DNA of 64,000 nt from Octopus sinensis (Eukaryota): assembly GCF_006345805.1 (NCBI RefSeq), contig NC_043002.1:100812001-100876000 (forward strand), in the 5' to 3' direction. The notes beneath the pieces were generated by a model. That model was not told where the DNA came from, did no database searches, and saw only the letters and a list, made by a program, of their open reading frames with translations. Below, one piece after another: positions 12,919 through 26,103 of this stretch; position 1 is the stretch's first letter, and the number at the start of each line of letters is the position of its first letter. The position numbers and the translations under genes are program-made.

Positions 12919-13243
12919 CATTGTAGAGTCTTTATGCTTTTTGAGTTCAATAATAGTCCTTGGAAAATTTCTTTGGAAGATTAAGATCCATGTGATTAAA
13001 CGTGGTGCTTAGTTTAAAGTGTTTGGTAAAAGAGTGTCAAGACAGGAAATGGGGTTGGAGTTATCCTGTTCCTTTGAGTAAGGGGAGACAAATCTGTGGA
13101 TTTTATGCTCTGCAATTGGGATGATGGACATTTTGTCATACAGGACGCGTATATCAGTGAATGCGCTGTTCCTCTTCTTCCTTGAAATAGAAAGCAGTTA
13201 CCAGTTCTGTTACGTTAAATTACATTTGTATTTCCAGATCAAT

Positions 13244-13313
13244 ATGACACGACTACTTCCTTCTTGTTTGCTGATTTTGGTTGCATTGAAAGATGTTATG
13301 TCAGGAGACCCAA
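13244..13313 (+). CDS. First coding exon (signal peptide) of a predicted small secreted Cys-rich protein
   Basis: Acceptor tttgtatttccAG ends at 13237; ATG at 13244 with A at -3; encodes MTRLLPSCLLILVALKDVMSGDP+A; donor GTAAGT at 13314 (phase 1). Basic N-terminus, hydrophobic core and small residues (S-G) fit a signal peptide. The upstream acceptor implies a further 5'UTR exon that I did not locate. Confidence 0.8.
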
Positions 13314-13356
13314 GTAAGTTTCCTTTCATATATGAAAATATATTTCCTAAGCAGTC

Positions 13357-13428
13357 GGGGGTATAGCTCAGTGGGAGAGCATTCGACTGCATATCGAGGG
13401 GTCTCCGGTTCAATCCCGGCTGCCCTCC
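13357..13428 (+). tRNA. tRNA-Cys: tRNA-Cys(GCA) gene or young pseudogene
   Basis: GGGGGTA TA GCTC AGTGGGA GAGC A TTCGA CT-GCA-TA TCGAG GGGTC TCCGG TTCAATC CCGGC TGCCCTC C. Full cloverleaf, A box TAGCTCAGTGG, B box GGTTCAATCCC, T5 run about 30 nt downstream. Deviations from canonical tRNA-Cys: pyrimidine at position 37, one T-stem mismatch, C rather than U discriminator. Confidence 0.8.
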
Positions 13429-13957
13429 TCTACGGCTCGGAATTTATTCTTGAATGTTTTTCAGCGGTGGTGCTCCAGCATGGCCGCAGCCTTCGGGCTG
13501 AAACATTTTTAAGGATTTAAGGATTTAAGCACAATATGTTTACACAGATGAATATATATATATATGAATAACCACACACACTCACACACGCACATATGTA
13601 AATGAGTAACGAAGATGTACAGTTATCAACCCATTACGGCCGTTTCAAGCAACCGTTTTATTTGATTAATAAAAACATTAAAACATTTCAAAGAAGCCGT
13701 TCTTATCAGATGACCGCTTAGACTTCAAACAAAAAGGTTACAGCCACTGCTTTAAAATATTCGCAAGAATAATGGAACACAAAACATGTACAGTTTCTCT
13801 GGTAGTATGAATTTAGAAAGTAATGCATACCTTGCCAAGTGTACAATAATTTAGAGAGGGAAAGCAGCAGGAATACATGTTGATATTAAATTGTTTTGAG
13901 CGGATTATACAAACAGAACGAAGTGGCTTAATCTCAGTACCCAATTTAACGGAATCT

Positions 13958-14000
<43 letters not shown>

Positions 14001-14003
<3 letters not shown>

Positions 14004-14225
14004 CGTGACCGACCAGGCTATCAGATGTTGCTACACATCGCTGGTCACAATGCACTTCGCATTGTTTTAGCCTTCAAATGACGCCACCCCGCTGGCTAAG
14101 CGAGCAGGCCGACAGAAGAAAGAATGAGAGAAAGTTGTGGCGAAAGAGTACAGCAGGGATCGCCACCACCACCCTGCCGGAGCCTCGTGGATGTTTAGGT
14201 GTTTTCGCTCAATAAACACTCACAA
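14001..14225 (-). mobile_element. SINE family C, 5'-truncated
   Basis: caccgtgaccgaccaggctatcagatg...gtgttttcgctcaataaacactcacaa next to (TA)n; recognised from memory as an octopus SINE body. Confidence 0.75.
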
Positions 14226-14229
14226 GATT

Positions 14230-15783
14230 TATATTTAAGTCTGGCTTATATATTTCGATAAATGATGCCTCTTTATTTAGTTGTACTTGTGTTGAGGTCC
14301 AAATATCAAATTAATATAATGAAAATATGAGGAAATGTGGTTGAAATTGTTCTGTATATCTGTAAATGTTTTCACTGACATATTTCTGGCAGTATTGTGG
14401 GGAAGATATCTGTTGTCTGTGCACAGCACATCTCCTTCGGACAGACATTCGTGTCGGCCCTATATAGTTTTTATGACTGCCGGAACATCAGATTACGTAA
14501 ATGAGATTTTCAGAGGCGCAAGTGAAGTTGCATTTAAATTTGAATTTTTGACCTTGTCTAAAATGGAACTCTGATCCTTCCAAAAGATTGGGACATATTT
14601 CGCTGTTAGGATGATCTCATTTTTCCTCTTGCGTCTGTTATTTTGAAGTATAATTTAGCATTTGCGAGAGGTTTCTTTAATGTCCTTAGCTGTTTACTGC
14701 TTTTACTATTTTTATGGATACGTACAATTTCCTGCGGTCTGGGGTTCTTATGGGGTATTGGGAGATTTTGGACAATGATGTAAAACGCTTCTTTGTTTCT
14801 GGGGTTGTTTTCAGAGTAGGTGTGTTATTTTCTTCAACTTTTCTTAATGTTTTATGTCAATCGATTTTGCACGTTTAATCTCTTCATGTATGAGTTGAAT
14901 TGGGCAGTGTTTGTCTTTGAGTACGTTTTTAATCTTAGAGTACGCTTTGTCTTTGAGTATGATTACAGTCTTAGTTCTCTGGTATTTATTCGGACAATAT
15001 GTTGTAAATCCTTCTTGCAAAGCTGAAGTGGATATTTTATTGGATATGCCTCGGTTGGCATGATCTAAATAATAGGTATTGTTTAGTGTATGTAGTTCTG
15101 TAGAATATGTGCGTTTCTGCATTTTGCTTTTTGTTTCAACCAATATGTCAAGGAATGGGATTTCCTCTTGGTTGTGTCCCGTTGTAAATTTTATGCTGGT
15201 GTTAATGCTATTGAGGAGTCTTTTGAACTTCAGGAGATTATGTTTTCATTCAGACGATGAAGCAATCCATAAAAACTCTTTTCCAATGTATTTTTACGTA
15301 TAGCAAGAGAGTGTTTCTAAATTTTGAAAATGGCTCCTGATATAATATTATTTCTAAATAGTCTATTGCTAGATTTGCAATAGTCGGGGCCGTCTTGGTT
15401 CCCCTGGCAATTCCGGATTTTTGGCGATAAACAGTTGTGACAATGATTGTTTTGAAGGATGAATTTTATTGATTCGATCATGAAATCTTTGTTGATCCAT
15501 TGTGGTATTTCTTCTGGATATTTGAACAGCCAGAACCGGATCGCTCCTATTCCAAATTTATGGGTGTATATTAGTGTACAGGTTTATCACATCACATCAA
15601 AAAATGTGTGTTTCGTCCTTAACCTTTTCTGGTAGGTGATTTAACATATCTAAATCATACCTAATATAGTTTTTGCTGTATTTTAGAAATGGTATCACGA
15701 AGATGTACATGAGGCAACTTAATCGATGTGTTTCACAGGATGGTCCAGCAATAATGGGTCGTCATGTTAGGTCTCCTGGAGTC

Positions 15784-15819
<36 letters not shown>

Positions 15820-16400
15820 GTTGATGATTTTTTGAAGGCGTCGTTTATAGTTTGGCTTCTGTGAATTTCCGGTAGACCATAGAATAGGCTGGGTTTACAT
15901 TTAAAGCTTGTTAAATAATCGATTTCTTTTTTGTTGGATTTTTCCGTGGGTTTCGATTTGGCAAAAATGCTTTATCATTATTTGTTTTTATAGGTGGGGG
16001 AGTAATCTTTGTTTTTCTTTTGTGGTGTTAGTCATTATTTAACATGGATACTACCAGATTCTTGTAGTTAAATATTTCTGTGGTCACTATCACACTCACT
16101 TTATCCGCTTCTTTGATTGTTATCTCTTCATTGTTTACAGTTCACTTCGTACTTTCCATTTGGTGGCGCTGAAGTTTGAAATGATCTTTTGTTTATGCAA
16201 AGTGTGGTGGGAAACATTTTCGATTTGGTTGCAGTATTCATCAAGATATTTATTTAAATTTAATTTTATTTATTCCTTTTTATTTCTGTATGTTGGATGT
16301 TTTTGCATCTGTTCTTGTCTAGTGAAACATCTTCACTTTTATAATTGGCCATTGTTGCTCACGTTTCGAGTATATCTCTCCGCTGGAAAGAGGAATGTCC
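14230..16400 (-). mobile_element. Penelope-like element, decayed RT plus GIY-YIG endonuclease
   Basis: Minus strand GIARGTKTAPTIANL (RT), WKRVFMDCF, IPFLDILV and CNFTCASENLIYVI*CSGSHKNYIGPT (GIY-YIG). Confidence 0.85.
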
Positions 16401-16543
16401 AAAGAGGAAGAACGAACACACATATACGCGTAAGTACGTACACTTCCACATATACTCACATCCACATAGACAAATACCCCACCACATTTATTAGCACACG
16501 CACATACGCTATTATACTATCATACATACACACGCTACCACAA

Positions 16544-16574
<31 letters not shown>

Positions 16575-16899
16575 TACCGCCCATCTACAGCATTTCTTGT
16601 CCCAGAAACCACTTTCTCCGTCTCCTTCCAATTTCGCTGAGTTCATAAAAACTAACCGCATGTGAAATGTTCGCGATTTTTCCTTATCTTACTGTCTTTT
16701 CTGTGTGGACTTTCCTGTGTCCCACTTAGAGCTATGTTCGAAATATAAGTCTGGCAGCATTTTATTATTTTTTTACGTAAGTAATCTAGTTGATTTTTGT
16801 CTATCTTGGTTTTTATCCAATGCTTGATTTTATGCAGTTACTAACAAACTTTCTGTTTCCCTTTTCAGCTTTCCTATCTGCAACCATAACCATGTCTTA

Positions 16900-18560
16900 G
16901 TACAATTATTTTCTTCAACTATGTTTGGGAATCTACCATGCAATGCCTCCTCCTGCCATTTAGATAATATATGTTCTGTTTTCTGGTTTTTAAGTTTGTT
17001 TCACTTTTTGTTTTTCCCTATGTCTTGTTGTGACTCTAGCGGCTTTTAATAAACTTTCTTCGCTATTACCTACATAGGAGTCTATATCTACTGTAGCTAA
17101 CTCCACGTAGTATTTTACTGATAGTCACATTCTTCCGGTTTTCTTTCTCTGTAAGTATAATCTTACTACTCCTGCCTTTGGTTAGAGACCTCCATTCATA
17201 CTGAATTCCTTCCCAGTTTTCTCTCTGACTTTGCTAATTCAGGTTTTATCTAGATTCGGACCATTTAGCTTTGTCTTCATAAGCATCCTCACACACCTGA
17301 TGTACTCCTTCATAATTTTCGGTTTCATTGCTGCAGTTAGTACCCTGTCAGAAATCCAATAGTCATTGATGTCTTCGCTCTTGACACTGTCCCCTTCTCC
17401 TGACTAATATTGAGCTCACATCTATGCCACGTTCCAACTTTATATCTTTGCTGGAGAGTCTCACAGTCTGTATTAAGGAATGGATCTCTTCTTCATTCTC
17501 ACCAAAGTGCTTCAGACCATCCATGTAAAACAAATGGTTATTTGTTTGCCTGACTATATCTGAACTGATACACTGCCTATGCCTTTCTTAATAGTAAACT
17601 GGGGTGGATCAAACATAAAACGAATATTAAAGGGAACAATCCCCCCGCCTAGAAAATTACTCGTTTGATACTAACTTTCCATAACATTGTGTCACCTGAG
17701 TGGAGATAAACTTTCCATTTCTTCACACTACAGCTAATTTATTAATTTATTCCATTGTTGTCTGAAGTACTGAATATACTCAAAAAATTACTAATCTATG
17801 AGTATGGAATCATTTTATACACCTTTTGTAATCTATCCATGCTATTGTTAGAGTTTTCCTTTTAGCTTTTACTTCATTTAGAACTGCTTTATCATTGTAT
17901 AATAGATCATGCGTTCTTCTAGACATCTTTCCGTTCTGCTGGCAGTAAATTCTGGCTGTGAATGTGCTGGTAAATGCTTCCTGAAAGAGTTCCTCTGCGG
18001 CTTCCGCACTAATGGTAAGCAAGTGGTTGGTCTACAGTTGCCAGCTGTATTACCCTTGCTCTTGTCTTTCATGATGAATATTGTTCTCCATCTAGTCATC
18101 CAATCTGGTATTATTCCTCTATTAAGGCAATATTGAAGTTGTTCCCTCAGCCTCCTATGTCAACTACTAAATTTTTTAACCAATATGCTTGAACTAAATC
18201 TGAAACTTGGCACTTCCAATTCGTCATTTTTCCTAACACTTTACTCATTAATGAACTAGTTACTCTTTGATCTGGCTGCTTCTCATATACTAATTCTTCC
18301 CTCAGTTTCTTTGACTATACTGCATTTCCATTATAATTGACTGGCTCATCGAAAATATTATTTCTGAACATTCTATCTTCGTCTGCATTAGCTATCTCAT
18401 CTTCAATACTTCGTTTTCCAATATTTATTTGCTTATAGAATCTCCTCTGGTCTTTCCCAAATAATCTACTGTGTTCGTATAGATCTATTTTTTCTGGTAT
18501 CTGGAGAGCTTGTCTGCTACTGCGATGATATGCTATTTCATCGCATCCTTTACTGTCCCA
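16900..18560 (-). mobile_element. R4/Dong-like LINE fragment, older copy
   Basis: GNCRPTTCLPL, LTIAWIDYKR and NHLFYMDGLKHF; many stops. Confidence 0.75.
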
Positions 18561-19507
18561 AATTCTTTGTCCTTGACTATGTATCGTATCTCGAGGCGGT
18601 TCAATGGTGGGTCTTTCTTCCCACATCTGTAACCCATCTTAACTTTCCTAAGGGCCATTGTTATAGGTATTAGTGGAATTACAAATAGTAACGGAGAAAA
18701 CGAATCACATTGGAAGATTCCCCCTTTAATATTAACTGCTCCAAGGAATACATTACTTGAGTACAGTTTGGTTTTGTACTCTTTCATGATAAGCATCACA
18801 AAATTTGTGATATTGTCAGCAACAACAAACATCTGCAGGCTTTCAACGATCAAAGAATGACGCATCATATGATATGCCTTCTTAAAGTCAATATAAGCCA
18901 TAGACATGTTTGTATAATGATTTTTACAACGCCTCAAAATTGTTTTATCGATGACCAGGTGATCCTTGTAACCACGAGAACTCTTCCCTTAGTAGTATTT
19001 CTTCCTGTGTCAGAAAAGTATGTCTTGGTCGTACATATTCCAGTGAGTATCTTTCCAGATTATGTTTAGGCATGCTACGGGACGGTAGATTCCCACAACC
19101 CATAATAATCCCCTTTCATCTATCTTTCCTTTTAAATGTCACCATCCACGCAGGGAATGCACCTTTCTGCTAGTCTTCCCTGCACCGCGTAGCATCTCTT
19201 CAGCCAGAAATCATGAATCCCATCCGGTTCGAGGGCTTTCCAGTTGCTCTTTCACATCCCTCGTGCTTATGACAATATTTGTTTCTTTCCTCCTTATAAT
19301 TCTATATTGATAGTTCTTATCCACATTGTATTCCCTTTCTGCACCACATTGTTTCACCATAATCCATTTCTTCTGGACAAGTACAGCCTACCGGTGTCAC
19401 GCTTAGGGTGGAAAGTTCCGTGTGCTCTTACCATTTTCTTCGTCTTTGTATCCATTTTCTTCATTTCATTCTTTTATCATTTTATAATACCTGCTCCATA
19501 CCGAAGT
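18560..19507 (-). mobile_element. R4/Dong-like LINE RT fragment, second copy
   Basis: NWKALEPDGIHDFWLK, YRPVACLNIIWK, MAYIDFKKAYH and GIFQCDSFSPLLF; 5' end abuts (AAT)n on its sense strand. Confidence 0.85.
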
Positions 19508-19526
19508 GATTATTATTATTATTATT

Positions 19527-19988
19527 GAGTGAGAGAGCAGTGCATGCCATCAAAGTGACACTGGGGTAAAATATACGAAGCCCAGTATACCCATCATGAC
19601 TACCCGTATGATAAGGGTACACCAGGCACATGCATCACAACCATATGTGCGCGACATGGTGATCTCATATCAAGATAAACAGCACATGACCTTGCAAGTG
19701 GGGCCCACTTAGAATTTTCTTCTGGTCGAGAAACCCATCCCGCTCAAAAGGTCCCTGAAGAAGGGTCATTTAAGGATGTTGAACGAAACACTTTTTTCCA
19801 GAGGTGAATTATTCAAACCCCGAAGAATCCCTCTCAACACATGGCTATGATGCTCCCCCACTACTTCTGCTCGTGATCAGAGATGCATATATCGTCAGCG
19901 ATTAAGGGACATGGTCAACTGGTTAAGGTCAAACAACTGACAAGCAAATCTGTGGTATTGAGCAGAATATTTGCTGTAGCCCATCTTT
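19527..19988 (-). mobile_element. About 465-bp (AAT)n-flanked non-coding retroposon-like element, copy 1
   Basis: Reverse complement of 25201-25664; (ATT)n on both sides. Confidence 0.85.
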
Positions 19989-20000
19989 TTATTATTATTA

Positions 20001-20099
<99 letters not shown>

Positions 20100-20118
20100 G
20101 TTATTATTATTATTATTA

Positions 20119-20187
<69 letters not shown>

Positions 20188-20200
20188 AATATTATTATTT
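19989..20200. repeat. (ATT)n microsatellite
   Basis: Direct reading. Confidence 0.97.
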
Positions 20201-20780
20201 ATAATTATACTATAGTGGACGTAATTTCAGTCAGTCTGTCTGTCCCTCACTGATGGTCAAACAGCTGGTCCAATGGTCACGATATATTCCGGGATTACGA
20301 AGGAGGTAATCAGGCAGGTGTTTAGCGAAAACAAAGATGCGAAAAGTATGATTACTTCTTGGATATTGGAGATGATTATTGAATTTACGGGCTTACTGAA
20401 AGTAAATAAAAATTTAGGGGAAATAACTCCTAATATAAGAAGCGAAGGGAAGTAATTCAATTTACTTCTCCACTGAATTATACCATAAGCTTTAAGGAAT
20501 GATTGTGAGGGTATGAGCTTATCTTTAATCGGTGTATGACTACTAGGGTCTTTGTCAATAGCAATTGTATGCATAAAATTGTGTAATGCCTTATTAAATT
20601 TTCCTTCCTTCCACGCCATTATGACCTGGAAACGGAAATCAAGAATTGGAATGGGTAGGACTACCAGGAAAGCTACCGGTATAAAAATTAAGAGACAATC
20701 GAACAGTGAATACAGACAAACCCAACAGAATAAGGATATGGAAGCTCATAAAATTCGCCGTGATAGGGATGTGAGAGCAT

Positions 20781-20995
20781 CGGAACAGAACAGGGATACG
20801 CTAGCTCGCCAAATAACAGGGAGGAATCCTCAAGTGAGATCTTCGGAACAGAGCAGGGACACTTTAGCTCGCCAAGTGACACTCAAAATCCTCAAGTGAG
20901 ATCTTCGGAACAGAGCAGGGACACTTTAGCTCGCCAAGTGACACTCAAAATCCTCAAGTGAGAGCTTCGGAACACATAACGAACACTTTAGCTTT
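20781..20995 (+). repeat. Tandem 63/62-bp coding minisatellite in the Helitron N-terminal region
   Basis: cggaacag recurs at 20781, 20844, 20906 and 20968 (periods 63, 62, 62). Confidence 0.92.
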
Positions 20996-21193
20996 CCGAA
21001 AATCAAGATAAGTACAAGTACAAGTGGAAAATGATGCCTTGGTAAGCATTTTTGTTTCGCTGAATAGGACAATGAGCGGATTACAGATTAGAATTTGATG
21101 GCGATGCAGGAAAACTTTATTGAAAGTAACATTCCGTTATCATACCGTTCTCACTACTACGGCTGCCTGGGTGATTATATATATTATATATAT

Positions 21194-21413
21194 ATTTCTT
21201 TATTGCCCACAAGGGGCTAAACATAGAGGAGACAAACAAGGACAGACAAAGTGATTAAGTCGATTACATCGACCCCAGTGTGTAACTGGTACTTTATTTA
21301 TCGACCCCGAAAGGATGAAAGGTAAAGTCGAACTCGGCGGAATTTGAACTCACAACGTAACGACAGATGAAATACGGCTACGCTTTTCGCCCGGCCTGCT
21401 ACCGTTTCTGCCA
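21194..21413 (-). mobile_element. tRNA-derived SINE family B inserted in the Helitron
   Basis: Reverse complement matches 32012-32440 (gttcaaattccgccgag..gactttacctttcatcctttcggggtcgat). Confidence 0.88.
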
Positions 21414-23593
21414 ATGCCCATTGTTATTCAAAGCACTGGCCAGCAAAACCACCTTCCCTCTGCTGCGAAAACAGCAAAATCCAGCTGGAATCCATCCATA
21501 ATTTGTCGGCAGACATTGTGTCGTTATGGAACGATAAAAAGTTCATAAATATTCGAGCGTATAATAACGCGCCCGCATTTGCATCCATTGGTTGTGTTGC
21601 TGATAACCTCGATAACTGTATTTAATCTCACATTCAAAATCCAAAGTAAAGTGTATCACGCCACTGGATGCTTAATGCCAGATGCCAATCAACCGCCATC
21701 ATTTGCACAGCTGTACCTTTTTGATACACATCATTAGACCAAAAATCGAACGAAACATGAATGATCTGTAGGCGGATATATTGACGAAAGTACAAGGTGA
21801 TATTCGGCAAGTAAATCCATACGTAGTATCATTTCAAGCTGCTATAGAACTTTAGGCAACTGAGGATATCTTCATCCTTCAATATCATGACAAAATGCTC
21901 AAACCATCCAAGGCTCACTGTCACCAGTACAACTTGCTTATGAATTCGGAGGTGACTGCATTGGTTCCGGGTAATATTAAGAACCCTTTAGACGTAAACA
22001 TATACTGTCGTAATGGACATGATCATCGAACATACTCTATCCATCGATATGTTCTGCTACTACCGGAGCGAACAGATAGTTGGCATCTCAGTATGAAGAA
22101 ATCAAATGGACAAACATTAACAGTTATGAAATTTTACGCTTGCCAACTGCACGTAGGAACTAATTCTGACAATAATAATATTTGAAGTAGAAAACTTTTA
22201 CAGCAATATGCGGTAGATCAGTGGGCGAAAGTAGAACGGAGCAGATGGGCGGAAATCCATCAAACGACAATCAGAGCAGAAAAATACTCATGGCTGCTAG
22301 GTGCTGTCAACCAAACTGATTTTCACCTTGAGTGCGAGTGGTGGAACTGGCAAAACATATCTTATCAATGCCATCATAGATTTTCTGCTTTCGGAGAAAA
22401 AAAATCATACTCGCTACAGCTCTATCTGGGATTGCGGCAACATTGCTGCACAGTGACCGGACATTTCTTTCTCGGTTCAAAATGCCCAACTCGATTAAAC
22501 TGCACAACTCTTCAGAATGAACAGTCTAATAATAGTCGATGAAGTTTTCCAAGGCGACAAGCCCATATATGAATGTTTGGATCGTTCCCTACGCAATATC
22601 AGATCGAACGAATCCGTTTGACGGAGTATATGTTCTTTTTGTAGGCAACTGGAAGCAGATTCTACCTGTTGTTAAACGTGGTAGACGAGCCCAAATAGTA
22701 GAAGCCACCTTGGAAAAATCGTACATCTGCAGGTCTGTGATGGAGTTTAGTCTAAAGAAAAACATGAGGGTACGAAATTCTTCAGATATAACTTTCGCGA
22801 CATTGTTTCCGGACAATGTTCGTTCACTGACCCACTGAGAAAAGTGATTCGAATTAGGCCAGATTTTGTACTCGAGACTTCATCTATTTCCGAAATATGC
22901 AAATTCGTCTTTAATGATTTAAGTGAATACTACAAAATCGCATCATAGTTGTGTTGGCGAGTTGTCATCGCCTCGACCAGTGTGAATGAGTACATGGTTA
23001 GCAACTTACCTGGGGAAAGTAGAGAGTACTGTTGTTCGGATAAAATAGATGACGAGAGCTACCACCAGTACACACAGAATTTCATGAACAATTTAAATCG
23101 ATTGGGATTGCCACTCCATAAAATCAAATTGAAAAATAACTGTCCGATAATGTTCCTTAGGAATTTTGATCCGGCCAGTGGACACTGCAGTGGAACAAGA
23201 TACACAGTATCAGAACTAAATTCCAGTGTTATCGAAGCAGTGATTGTAACTGACCCCCCGCAATGGTAAACGCGGATAACCCTTATACCAACCGATAAGG
23301 AGTTTCAGTTCCCATTTAGACACAGGCAGTTTCCTATACAACTGACATTCTCATTTACAGCAAACAAGGCACAGAGCAAGAGTTTAGTTCGTGTAGGTGT
23401 ATTCTTACCCACTCTAATGTTTTCACACGTCTAGTTATACGTCGCTGTGTGTAGAGCAACGAAATCCAGTAATCCACACACAAAATATCGTCTACAAAGA
23501 AGATTTGAAATCATATTGACATCAAAATCCATTGACACATGTTTCAATACAAACTGTTTTTATGATTTCCCTAATAATAATAATAATATAATA

Positions 23594-23629
<36 letters not shown>

Positions 23630-23665
23630 TAATAATAATAATATAATAATAATAATAATAATATG

Positions 23666-23704
<39 letters not shown>

Positions 23705-23706
<2 letters not shown>

Positions 23707-24039
23707 GGGACTGATTGCTACCTAACTCAGATACCAGGAAACCCCAAAATGGCAGAAATTCAAAAGATAGTGCTCATGGGAACTGCTCATATCCTACGAA
23801 AAATACTCTCTATGTAATCCCAAGGTTTAAAACAAACTTTTTTTAATTTTATTTTATTTATTTTTTTTTGTTTATTTTTTATTTTTATGTATTAGACATT
23901 CACTAGTACAACACAAAACAAAAAAAAAACAAAAAAAACCCAAATATATGGCACAGAACTTCTAACCTGTTGTCTCTTGAGATCTCTGGGTGAGACTTGG
24001 AGCCAACTTGTACAGACATAAAGCAAAAGTCAAACATAG
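23705..24039 (+). mobile_element. R4/Dong-like LINE extreme 3' end between (AAT)n tracts
   Basis: EIQKIVLMGTAHILRKILSM* is homologous to the C-terminus at 48500-48579; (AAT)n at 23572-23704 and 24040-24116. Confidence 0.8.
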
Positions 24040-24064
24040 AATAATAATAATAATAATAATAATG

Positions 24065-24178
<114 letters not shown>

Positions 24179-24470
24179 ATGTGTTTATTAATTGACATGA
24201 GTAATCCTTGCGATCACAATATAGCGGCGAAAGACTTTGACAAGATCAGTAAATATAAAAACTTGCTATTAGAAACTGAAAAAAATGTGGCGTCTCAAGG
24301 CGTCTATAGTACCAGTGATTGTGGGATCTCTAGGAATGATAAAAAAAGTACTGAAACTTTATTTGAAAATGACACCAGGCTTCCCTACAGGAAGTGCAAA
24401 AAATCGTGTTAATTGGAACGGCTTATGTACTGAGAATAGCATTATCACTGTGTAAACAACATCCATTCAT
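24179..24470 (+). mobile_element. R4/Dong-like restriction-like endonuclease C-terminal fragment
   Basis: CLLIDMSNPCDHNIAAKDFDKISKYKNL ... VPVIVGSLGMIKK ... VQKIVLIGTAYVLR, with frameshifts. Confidence 0.8.
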
Positions 24471-24617
24471 GAATTTATTTGCTTATTAATGTTTTAAATA
24501 CATATTTTACCTGTGAATTTGCGTGGGTAATCTGGGAATGCATACAATGAGCTTCTCCGCCCTAGGTGTATGGAAAACACTCGGCGAGAAACGGAAGAAG
24601 ATTTGAAGAAAGAAGGA

Positions 24618-24680
<63 letters not shown>

Positions 24681-25170
24681 CATGTACATTGTTTTGTCTT
24701 GGTATAAAAGATGGGCTACAGCAAATATTCTGCTCAATACCACAGATTTGCTTGTCAGTTGTTTGACCGTAACCAGTTGAGCATGTCCCTTAGTGGCTGA
24801 CGATATGTGCATCTCTGATCACGAGCAGAAGTAGTGGGGGAGCATCATAGCCATGTGTTGAGAAGGATTCTTTGGGGTTTGAATAATTCACCTCTGGAAA
24901 CATGGGTGTTTCGTTCAACGTCCTTAAACAACCCTTATTCAGGGACCTTTTGAGCGGGATGGGCTACTCGACCTGAAGAAAATTCTAAGTGGGCTCCACC
25001 TGCAAGGTCATGTGCTGTTTATCTTGATATGAGATCACCATGTCGCGCACATATGGTTGTGATGCATGTGCCTGGTGTACCCTTATCAGACGGGTAGTCA
25101 TGATGGATATACTGGGCTTCGTATATTTTACCCCAGTGTCACTTTGATGGCATGCTCTGCTCGCTCACTC
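24681..25170 (+). mobile_element. (AAT)n-flanked non-coding element, copy 2 (slightly longer 5' end)
   Basis: catgtacattgttttgtcttggtataaaagatgggctac...tcgctcactc followed by (aat)n. Confidence 0.85.
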
Positions 25171-25200
<30 letters not shown>

Positions 25201-25203
<3 letters not shown>

Positions 25204-25664
25204 GATGGGCTACAGCAAATATTCTGCTCAATACCACAGATTTGCTTGTCAGTTGTTTGACCTTAACCAGTTGAGCATGTCCCTTAGTGGCTGACGATAT
25301 GTGCATCTCTGATCACGAGCAGAAGTAGTGGGGGAGCATCATAGCCATGTGTTGAGAGGGATTCTTTGGGGTTTGAATAATTCACCTCTGGAAACATGGG
25401 TGTTTCATTCAACATCCTTAAACAACCCTTATTCAAGGACCGTTTGAGCGGGATGGGCTACTCGACCTGAAGAAAATTTTAAGTGGGCCCCACCTGCAAG
25501 GTCATGTGCTGTTTATCTTGATGTGAGATCACCATGTCGCGCACATATGGTTGTGATGCATGTGCCTGGTGTACCCTTATCAGACGGGTGGTCATGATGG
25601 GTATACTGGGCTTCGTATATTTTACCCCAGTGTCACTTTGATGGCATGCACTGCTCTCTCACTC
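25201..25664 (+). mobile_element. (AAT)n-flanked non-coding element, copy 3, in tandem with copy 2
   Basis: aaagatgggctac...ctctctcactc followed by (aat)n; separated from copy 2 by about 10 AAT units. Confidence 0.85.
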
Positions 25665-26103
25665 AATAATAATAATAAATAATAATAATAATAGCATTAT
25701 CATTATCACTATTAGCTTTATTTTGTTTTGGCGTTCATGATTTATTACCAGCAAAAACGCCTATACCAACCTGAAATCCGGTGTTTCTTATACTTTATGC
25801 GATTTATCACTTCACACCGAAACCTTTTGGTTTGCCAAAACCACGCCTTTGATTAGAAGAAACCGTTGTAGAAGTACGTACCTGTTCGTTGAATTGGTTT
25901 CAATATATTCTTCATACGTATTCGTTTTATGGAGACAGAACTGAGAAAGGAGGTAAACGATATATGAATTAGAATGAAAGTTATGATCTAAGTTGGATAT
26001 TATTGAAACCATCTTTACCTATGCTAACTTATAATAAATCTGTCTTGTAAAATATCTAATATTCGTTAGTGGAAACTATTATAATGCATGTATTTTTCTT
26101 TAG

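Larger units (their letters stand above)
20205..23570 (+). mobile_element. Helitron (Rep-Hel) remnant with internal deletion
   Basis: 5' gtcagtctgtctgtccc motif; pieces CCEN-KIQL, IRAYNNAPAFASIG, PPSFAQLYLFD, QQYAVDQWAKVE; PIF1 helicase motifs SGGTGKTYLIN, IIVDE, VLFVGNWKQILPVV, CPIMFLRN..CSGTRY, RQFPIQLTFSFTANKAQ, LYVAV; end NIVYKE. The HUH core is missing. Confidence 0.92.

Noticed and set aside
20781-20995. CRISPR-like array
   Set aside because: Head-to-tail repeats with no unique spacers, inside a Helitron ORF, in eukaryotic DNA with no cas genes.
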